Source: an uncultured bacterium
Lineage (GTDB): Bacteria; Actinomycetota; Acidimicrobiia; Spongiisociales; UBA5794
NCBI GenBank assembly: GCA_963801165.1
Contig: CAWDDT010000010.1
Location: 96,001 to 160,000 of the forward strand
Direction of reading: 5' to 3'
DNA length: 64,000 nt
Position numbers and translations under genes: made by a program. Below the pieces are notes generated by a model, which had not been told where the DNA came from, did not search any database, and saw only the letters and a list, made by a program, of their open reading frames with translations. Shown here one piece after another: positions 57,580 to 64,000 of the stretch. Each line of letters begins with the position of its first letter. Within the stretch, counting starts at the first letter, position 1.

Positions 57580-57911
57580 ATACCCCCGATTCGAGACGCA
57601 AAGCACTCGGGGCCTTCGGCGAGTACATCGCCGCTCGTTTTCTCGCCGCCCGTGGAGCCCGAATTGTCGAGCGCAACAAACGTGTTGGCAGGGGAGAGCT
57701 GGATCTGATCGTGGCAATCGACGGGGTACGGGTTGCCGTAGAGGTCAAGACCGGCACCGGCGACGTAGACCCTGTCCATCACCTAGACGAGGGCAAGCTC
57801 GCACAGGTTCGGTCACTGGCGGCGCAATGCGGTGTCCACAGGGTCGACTACGTCGGCGTGGCCGTGTCCCGGCGCGGCGTCCTTGTACGGTGGCTACCGG
57901 CTTTCGACTGA
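57474..57911 (+). CDS. YraN-family predicted endonuclease (start unclear)
   Basis: ALGAFGE...GELDLI...VEVKT. Confidence 0.8.
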   Translation: MGMGHVPAGPLRQERQSDDVPRRQHRGAGALLGSLDTPDSRRKALGAFGEYIAARFLAARGARIVERNKRVGRGELDLIVAIDGVRVAVEVKTGTGDVDPVHHLDEGKLAQVRSLAAQCGVHRVDYVGVAVSRRGVLVRWLPAFD

Positions 57912-58115
57912 GTACGCACCGGATCGTCGCATCTCCTTGAACCAGCAGCCACGATGCCAGTGCCGACGTCTATCCGGGTCGTACTCGGGAACCACCACCA
58001 GGTGTCCTTCGCCGGCGCCGATGTCACCGTTGCAACCGGGGCAGGCGTATTTCTTGCGCGCCTGGTAGGGCTGGATCGGGGTCACGACTAGCGGACCGAA
58101 TGGCGAATCCTCCAC
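57894..58115 (-). CDS. Small conserved actinobacterial-type Zn-finger-like protein
   Basis: KKYACPGC...HLVV...RRHWHRGCW. Confidence 0.7.
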   Translation of the reverse strand: MEDSPFGPLVVTPIQPYQARKKYACPGCNGDIGAGEGHLVVVPEYDPDRRRHWHRGCWFKEMRRSGAYSVESR

Positions 58116-58116
58116 G

Positions 58117-58230
58117 TCAACCGCCCACCAAGGCCCAGATGACGACGAGCACGATGATGATGAGAAAGATGGCGACAATGATGACATCGGTTGCCGTCTT
58201 CTCTTGCTGGCGGAATGGATTGAAGCCCAC
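58117..58230 (-). CDS. 37-aa single-pass membrane microprotein (not in ORF track)
   Basis: Hand translation MGFNPFRQQEKTATDVIIVAIFLIIIVLVVIWALVGG; TACCCT 7 nt upstream of GTG; stop lies 1 nt before the next GTG. Confidence 0.7.
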   Translation of the reverse strand: MGFNPFRQQEKTATDVIIVAIFLIIIVLVVIWALVGG

Positions 58231-58280
58231 GACGCCGAGGGTAGTGCGCGCCGGGGGATGCGAACTGTATTGTCACATCG

Positions 58281-59069
58281 ATGACTGACACGCCATTTGT
58301 CCTCGTCACCGACACGGGCCCGGTGCGCTGGATCACTCTCAATCGACCCGATCGCAAGAACGCGGTCCCGCTGGAGGGATGGGCAGAGCTTGCCGGCGCT
58401 TTCGATGATTTCGCAGGTTCGGTCCAGCGTGTCGTCGTGCTCCGTGGTGCCGGAGAGGACTTCTGTGCCGGCGCCGATCTCCATTTCGACACCGTGGACG
58501 AGTTGCGCAGCCCTGCGGTGGGTCGCGCCTACATGCGGGCACCGGGGCGGGCGGTCACCGCTCTGTACCGGTTGGCGAAGCCATCGCTGGCCGCCGTTGA
58601 CGGGGTAGCGGCCGGGGGTGGGATGAATCTCGCCCTTGGTTGCGACATCGTGGTCGCCACCGAGCAGGCACGGTTCTCGGAGATCTTCGTCAAGCGAGGT
58701 CTGACCGTCGACCTCGGTGGCACCTGGCTGCTGCCTCGCATCGTGGGGATGGCCCGGGCACGAGAGCTGGCGCTGACCGGTCGCACCGTTGCCGCCACCG
58801 AGGCGCTGGAGATCGGGATGGTGAGCCGGGTAGTGCCCGTCGGCGAGCTCGTCGCGGTGGTGCAGCAGCTCGCGGAGGAGATCGCGGAGGGGGCCCCGCT
58901 GGCGCAGAGCTTCATCAAGAAGGCCCTGTCCCGCTCGATGGAGATGACCTTCGAGCAGGCCCTCGCCTCCGAGGCGCAGGCGCAGGCGGCGCTGCTCGCC
59001 TCCGACGACGTACGGGAAGGGGTGGCTGCGTTCCTCGAGCGCAGGGACCCGCGTTTCGAGGGGAAGTAG
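58281..59069 (+). CDS. Enoyl-CoA hydratase/isomerase family protein
   Basis: ITLNRPDRKNA, FCAGAD, AAGGG, EGVAAFLERR. Confidence 0.92.
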   Translation: MTDTPFVLVTDTGPVRWITLNRPDRKNAVPLEGWAELAGAFDDFAGSVQRVVVLRGAGEDFCAGADLHFDTVDELRSPAVGRAYMRAPGRAVTALYRLAKPSLAAVDGVAAGGGMNLALGCDIVVATEQARFSEIFVKRGLTVDLGGTWLLPRIVGMARARELALTGRTVAATEALEIGMVSRVVPVGELVAVVQQLAEEIAEGAPLAQSFIKKALSRSMEMTFEQALASEAQAQAALLASDDVREGVAAFLERRDPRFEGK

Positions 59070-59072
59070 CCC

Positions 59073-60443
59073 TCACTCCACCGTGAGCTGGTATGCCCCC
59101 GGTCCCGTCAGGAAGTCGTCGCTGACGATGACCAGATAGGTTTTGGTCTCCTCCGCCGTGTACACGAGGCGCGGGTTCGTACCAAATGTTCCGCCACCGG
59201 AGTTGTCGTCGTAGGCGAGGCTGAAGTCGCTCGGATTGTCGAGCGAGTCGATGTAGAGGGCCGTGTCTACGGTGACACTGTCCACGCTGAGCGTGATCGA
59301 TTGGCCGTCGCCGAGCTCGACCCAGTACCAGTCGATGTCGCCGGGAAAATCGAGGTTCCCGTAGAGTTTGTCCGGCTTGTGGAGAACCTGCCCGTCGTCG
59401 GGGTCGTCCCAAGGGATCATTTTCACCGAGCCGACGACGAGCTCGTCGACGGGTTCCGGGGCGTACGAGGTGATCACAGCGAGGTGCAGTCCGGCGAAGG
59501 TGACCTGGCCGACCGCCGTCTCGCCACCTTTGAGGTTGTCGTCGGCATATGCCATCGGGAACCCGTCGATCGACATGAGCTGGATGGCCGTGTCGGCATT
59601 TGTGTTGGTTGACACCTCGACCTCGGTGAAGAGCGGTGCCTCGAACACGAGCACCTGCTGGTCCCAGAAATGTTCGACTGTGATCTGTTGCGTCTTGTCC
59701 GCCCCGGAGTTGGGCGGAATTCGATCGCCGAGGCCGTAGCGGTCCGTCCCGCTCCGCATGGCCTCGATGCGGGCGGCAGCGTCGGAGATCGAACCGGAGA
59801 GACCGTACTCGGTGGCGAGCTGGAAGTTGGTCACGCCGATGACTTCGCCGGCAGCGTCGACGAGGGCACCCCCGCTCTGGCCACCCACCACGGCGGCATC
59901 GGATTGCAGAAAGGTCCAATCCTGATTACGCCACTCCCGGAGCCGGGAGAGGATGCCCTGGGAGATGGTCGGTGTCGGATTTCGCTCCGGCTCGGCCGGG
60001 TAGCCGACCATGTAGACGGTGCTGCCGATAGGGAGAGCCTCACCGTCACCCATCGTGACCGGTTCGGGCTGGCGGACGATGTTGCTGACATCGATCAGCG
60101 CCAGGTCCGCCAGAGGGTCGGTGCCGATCACCGGGGCCGAGTCTGTGTACTCGCCGCTCGGGAAGACGACCCTGACCTCGCGGCTCGGCCAGACGACGTG
60201 GGCTGCGGTCAGCAGAAGATCCCGGTCGATGAGAATCCCGCTCCCGGTGGCGATGTCGGTTGCGACGAAGGCGATCGCAGGTGACACCTCATCGAACACT
60301 GCGATGGCATCGGGCGTGGTCGTGGTGGTTGTCGGGGGATCTGTCGTCGGCGGAACCGACGCCTGCAGTGCCGAACCACCGGAGGTGCACGCCGTGGCGG
60401 CGAGTACGGCGATGACCACTGTGGTCGTGAGCCGGAGATGCAC
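59073..60443 (-). CDS. Lipoprotein trypsin-like serine protease with C-terminal PPC-like domains
   Basis: Lipobox ATA-C, LTAAHVV, DLALI, GQSGG; DIDWY...YDDNSGGG. Confidence 0.83.
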   Translation of the reverse strand: MHLRLTTTVVIAVLAATACTSGGSALQASVPPTTDPPTTTTTTPDAIAVFDEVSPAIAFVATDIATGSGILIDRDLLLTAAHVVWPSREVRVVFPSGEYTDSAPVIGTDPLADLALIDVSNIVRQPEPVTMGDGEALPIGSTVYMVGYPAEPERNPTPTISQGILSRLREWRNQDWTFLQSDAAVVGGQSGGALVDAAGEVIGVTNFQLATEYGLSGSISDAAARIEAMRSGTDRYGLGDRIPPNSGADKTQQITVEHFWDQQVLVFEAPLFTEVEVSTNTNADTAIQLMSIDGFPMAYADDNLKGGETAVGQVTFAGLHLAVITSYAPEPVDELVVGSVKMIPWDDPDDGQVLHKPDKLYGNLDFPGDIDWYWVELGDGQSITLSVDSVTVDTALYIDSLDNPSDFSLAYDDNSGGGTFGTNPRLVYTAEETKTYLVIVSDDFLTGPGAYQLTVE

Positions 60444-60551
60444 TGTGTCCCCTTTGGAATGGTCCCGGTGCAGTCTGTCCCGGCGGAGCCCGCCTGGCAA
60501 GTCGAGGTGGCTGCCCGGGTTTGTGTCACAGCGGTCCCATACGTTGTGATC

Positions 60552-62024
60552 ATGCTTTCATGTGTCATATCTGTTGTTCTCGTCGGCGCCGAACCGCGCC
60601 GGGTCGACGTTGAGGTGTTTGTCGGGGGCGGCGGTCCCCACTTCCAGATCGTCGGGCTTCCCGACACCGCCGTGCGGGAGGCCAAGCAACGCGTCATGGC
60701 CGCCATCAAGGCGTCAGGATGGTCGTTCCCGGGGCGGCGGGTCATCGTCAACCTTGCCCCGGCGGACGTGCCCAAGGGCGGCTCAGCGTATGACCTGCCG
60801 ATTGCGCTCGGTGTTCTGGTCGCTTCGACTGCCGTACCGAAAGGCGCAGGCAATGTGGTGGCGCTCGGCGAGCTGGCGCTGAATGGTCAGGTTCGCTCGG
60901 TGCGTGGTGGCCTGGGGGCCGCTCTGGTTGCAGAGAGGATCGGTCTGCGGTGTCTGCTACCGCCCGATTCGGCTGCGGAGGCGGGTGCGCTGGGCGGTAT
61001 GTCCTCGGTGACCGCGGTCCGCCATCTGCGGGAGGCGGTCGAGGTTGCCCTCGGGCAAGGTGACGGTGCGCCGATTCCCGAGCTCGCAGCGCCACCGGGT
61101 CTTGTCGCGGATCTGGGCGAGGTACGGGGCCAGGCGCTGGCTCGACGCGCTCTCGAGATTGCCGCTGCGGGCGGCCACCACGTGCTGATGACCGGGCCAC
61201 CGGGTGGTGGCAAGACGATGATGGCACGTTGTCTGCCGGGGATCCTGCCCCGTCTCGCCGGACCGGATGTCGGGGAGACTGCGCTCACCTGGGCCGCGGC
61301 GGGTATGGCGCGACCCGATCCCACCCTGGCCCCGTTCCGCTCACCACACCACTCGGCGTCGCTCGCTGCCCTCATCGGTGGTGGCTCGGGGATTCCGGTG
61401 CCGGGAGAGATCGCCCTGGCGCACCACGGCGTCTTGTTCCTCGACGAGTTGGGGGAGTTTCCGGTCGGTCATCTCAATGCGTTGCGGCAGCCGATGGAGG
61501 AAGGTCATGTAGTCGTCGCCCGCAAGGGTGCCTCGGTGCGATTCGACACGGCGTTCCAGTTGGTGGCGGCCACCAATCCATGTCCGTGCGGGTATGAGGG
61601 GGATCGGATCCGGCAATGCTCCTGCCCGCCGGGGGCGCTGGCGAAGTACCAGAGGCGTCTGTCTGGTCCGCTGATCGACCGTTTCGACATTGTGGTGCGG
61701 GTACCGCGGGTAGAGGCCGCCGAGATGGCGGGCGCTCGGGGGGAGGCGAGCGCCGACGTAGCGCACCGGGTGGCCGCGGCCAGAAAGCGGCAGATGGCCC
61801 GGGGGAGGCGCAACGCCCGGCTGCGTCGGGCGGATCTGGATCTGCTGGCTTGGGACGAGCCTGTGGCAGGGATGCTGGAGCAGGCAATGCGCCGGTCGGC
61901 GTTGACGGCACGGGGGTGGGACCGGGTACGCCGGGTGGCGGCGACCATCGCCGACCTCAACGAGTCCGAGGTGATTCTCGGGTCGCACGTCGCTGAGGCT
62001 CTCGCCTACCGGGGTCAGCGATGA
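60552..62024 (+). CDS. comM: YifB/ComM-family Mg-chelatase-like AAA+ ATPase
   Basis: VGLPD, NLAPAD, GPPGGGKT, PHHSAS, LFLDE, NPCPCG. Confidence 0.92.
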   Translation: MLSCVISVVLVGAEPRRVDVEVFVGGGGPHFQIVGLPDTAVREAKQRVMAAIKASGWSFPGRRVIVNLAPADVPKGGSAYDLPIALGVLVASTAVPKGAGNVVALGELALNGQVRSVRGGLGAALVAERIGLRCLLPPDSAAEAGALGGMSSVTAVRHLREAVEVALGQGDGAPIPELAAPPGLVADLGEVRGQALARRALEIAAAGGHHVLMTGPPGGGKTMMARCLPGILPRLAGPDVGETALTWAAAGMARPDPTLAPFRSPHHSASLAALIGGGSGIPVPGEIALAHHGVLFLDELGEFPVGHLNALRQPMEEGHVVVARKGASVRFDTAFQLVAATNPCPCGYEGDRIRQCSCPPGALAKYQRRLSGPLIDRFDIVVRVPRVEAAEMAGARGEASADVAHRVAAARKRQMARGRRNARLRRADLDLLAWDEPVAGMLEQAMRRSALTARGWDRVRRVAATIADLNESEVILGSHVAEALAYRGQR

Positions 62025-63085
62025 ACGACGCCAAACTCCAGGTGGCGTTCGGTGGGCTCCATCCGGATCGGGTGGCCACCCTCTACGAGCGCTACGGTCC
62101 CGCAGGGGTGCGCAAACGCATCATGTCGGGAGCCATCGAGACAACGGAGCGCGTTCGACGCGCGGTAGGTGTCCCAGCAGGAGAGCGGCGTGCCGAGCTA
62201 ACTCGGGCCGGGATCGAGGTGGTCGGAAAGGGTGAGGAGGTGTACCCGGCGCATCTGGGAGAGCTCCCTGATGCCCCGGAGCTGCTGTTTGTTCGGGGGA
62301 GCCTTCCCGGGTTACCGGGGGTGGCCATCGTGGGTACCAGACGATGCACCGCATACGGCAGGCGGATCGCCGGCGACTACGGCCGGGCGGTGGCCGCTGC
62401 CGGGTGGGTGGTTGTCAGCGGTCTGGCGCGGGGTGTCGATGGTGCGGCGCACCGGGGCACGGTGGCCGGCGGCGGAGTCGGTGTTGCCGTGCTCGGGTCG
62501 GGCATCGACGTCATGTACCCGCGAGAGCACGCCGGGCTGGCCCGGCAGCTCATCACCGGTGGTGGCGCCGTGATCAGCGAGTCGCCTCCCGGTACTCCTC
62601 CTGAGGCCTGGCGGTTCCCGCCGAGGAACCGGATCATCAGTGGTTTGGCGGGTGCTGTGGTTGTCGTAGAGGCGACTGTGAAAGGTGGTGCTCTCATTAC
62701 GGCCGAGACTGCGTTGCGTCAGGGACGCCAGGTGTTCGCCGTTCCCGGTGATATCGATCGGGCCTCGTCGGCGGGGTGCAACCTGCTGATCCGTGACGGT
62801 GCCTTTCCGGTGCTGGACCCCGACGATCTCATCGAATCACTCCAGCTGGTGCTCGGCCCGGCGCCGGGCATCGCGTCGCAGGTGGCCGCCTGCGATCTGG
62901 GCGACGACGACGCCCGGTTGGTAGAGCTGATTCGTTCCGGTGCCGATGACCTCGATGCCCTGATGGGACACGGGCTGGGCGCCCCCGGTGAGATCCTGGC
63001 GGCGCTAGGTCGTCTCGAGCTGAACGGTGTGCTGCGGACGGACGGACCGGGGAGGTACGCCGTGACCCATAGGGTCGGTCGTTGA
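62021..63085 (+). CDS. dprA: DNA-processing protein DprA
   Basis: AIVGTR, VSGLARGVDGAAH, FPPRNRIISGL, GALITA. Confidence 0.94.
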   Translation: MNDAKLQVAFGGLHPDRVATLYERYGPAGVRKRIMSGAIETTERVRRAVGVPAGERRAELTRAGIEVVGKGEEVYPAHLGELPDAPELLFVRGSLPGLPGVAIVGTRRCTAYGRRIAGDYGRAVAAAGWVVVSGLARGVDGAAHRGTVAGGGVGVAVLGSGIDVMYPREHAGLARQLITGGGAVISESPPGTPPEAWRFPPRNRIISGLAGAVVVVEATVKGGALITAETALRQGRQVFAVPGDIDRASSAGCNLLIRDGAFPVLDPDDLIESLQLVLGPAPGIASQVAACDLGDDDARLVELIRSGADDLDALMGHGLGAPGEILAALGRLELNGVLRTDGPGRYAVTHRVGR

Positions 63086-63119
63086 CGAGGCGTGGTCGAG
63101 CGGCCACGATGGAGGGTCA

Positions 63120-64000
63120 ATGGAGGACACGCCCACCATCGCCGATGCGGCCGCCGACTTCATCCACCGGGCGGCGGTTGAGCGCGGGCTTTCGCCACAC
63201 ACCCTGGCTGCCTACGAGCGGGACCTGGCACAGTTTGCCGATTTCTGCGAACAGTGCGACGTTATCGAGCTGGATGCCGTGAACCGACGGCTGGTGCGAC
63301 GCCATGTCTCCCAGCTCTCGGTGCAGGGATACGCCAGGAGGTCCGTCGCCAGAAAGATGTCGGCGGTCCGCTCGTTCTTCACCGATGCGGCGAGACGAGG
63401 TCTGGTGTTGGCGAACCCGGCGAACGGGATCCGGCAACCGAAGCTTCCCGCTTCACTTCCGAAAGCGTTGTCGGCACGGGCCGTCGCCGGTGGGCTCGAT
63501 GCCATCTCGGGGGATGGTCCGGTCGACCTTCGCGATCGCGCCATGCTCGAGCTTCTTTATTCTTCAGGGCTGAGGGTCTCCGAGCTCGCCGGGCTACAGG
63601 TCGGGGACGTGGAACACGGTGATATGTTGCGGATTGTCGGGAAGGGAGGCAAGACCCGAGTGGTTCCGGTAGGCAGAACCGCACAGGGCGCGGTGAGACG
63701 CTACGTGGTGGAAGGTCGTCCCCGACTCGCCGGGGATCAGGCATACTCTGCATTGTGGGTCGGCGTGCGCGGCGGTCCATTGGATACGAGAGGAGTCAGA
63801 AGAGTGGTGCGAAATCGGCTGGGGACGTTCCCGCATGCTCTGAGGCACTCGTTTGCGACCCATCTCCTCGAAGGGGGAGCCGACCTCCGCTCCGTCCAGG
63901 AGTTGCTCGGGCACGTTGAACCCGCCACCACCCAGATTTACACTGCTGTCTCCCGCCGGCATCTTCGGTCAACCTACGAAAGAAGCCATCCGCGTGCTTG
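63120..64000 (+). CDS. xerC: Tyrosine recombinase XerC (stop codon cut by window edge; not in ORF track)
   Basis: Hand translation MEDTPTIADAA...SPHTLAAYERDL...ELLYSSGLRVSEL...GKGGKTR...PHALRHSFATHLLEGGADLRSVQELLGH...TTQIYT...HPRA. Confidence 0.9.
   Translation, partial: MEDTPTIADAAADFIHRAAVERGLSPHTLAAYERDLAQFADFCEQCDVIELDAVNRRLVRRHVSQLSVQGYARRSVARKMSAVRSFFTDAARRGLVLANPANGIRQPKLPASLPKALSARAVAGGLDAISGDGPVDLRDRAMLELLYSSGLRVSELAGLQVGDVEHGDMLRIVGKGGKTRVVPVGRTAQGAVRRYVVEGRPRLAGDQAYSALWVGVRGGPLDTRGVRRVVRNRLGTFPHALRHSFATHLLEGGADLRSVQELLGHVEPATTQIYTAVSRRHLRSTYERSHPRA

Noticed and set aside
63120-64000. Tyrosine recombinase as a prophage or island integrase
   Set aside because: Size, motifs and the comM-dprA-xerC context match housekeeping XerC.

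Overview
High-GC actinobacterial chromosome window. Gene content and order suggest class Acidimicrobiia (inference). Most of it is core genome: an adnAB-like helicase-nuclease operon, fabI, ddl, rpmB-recG-rsmD-coaD-sepIVA-like-yceD-rpmF-plsX-rnc-mutM-smc, ftsY, etfAB, nucleoside salvage genes, ffh-rpsP-khpA-rimM, trmD-rplS-lepB-yraN and comM-dprA-xerC. Small insertions include arsR/arsM and a ~10 kb block between rimM and trmD carrying an MCP, a ferredoxin, cofG/cofH, an HNH protein and an SLH protein. The standout signal is non-coding: two unannotated, densely structured + strand RNA candidates at ~10125-10876 (~750 nt) and ~11952-12220 (~270 nt). They flank a lipoprotein gene and lie divergent from an operon of three Fe-S PD-(D/E)XK nucleases. 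Both are rich in UNCG/GNRA tetraloop hairpins. Both have the same upstream architecture (CGCGAAA-N13-CGCGAAA-N18-TTGAC[T/C]-N18-TA[C/A][G/C]TT) and end in near-identical terminal hairpins. The large one also shows nested long-range helices. I could not assign either to a known RNA family by eye, and no database search was possible. The window also has many short tandem-repeat expansions at gene boundaries, a frameshifted GNAT gene, a CofH carrying a probable degenerate CofG remnant, and many apparently leaderless genes.
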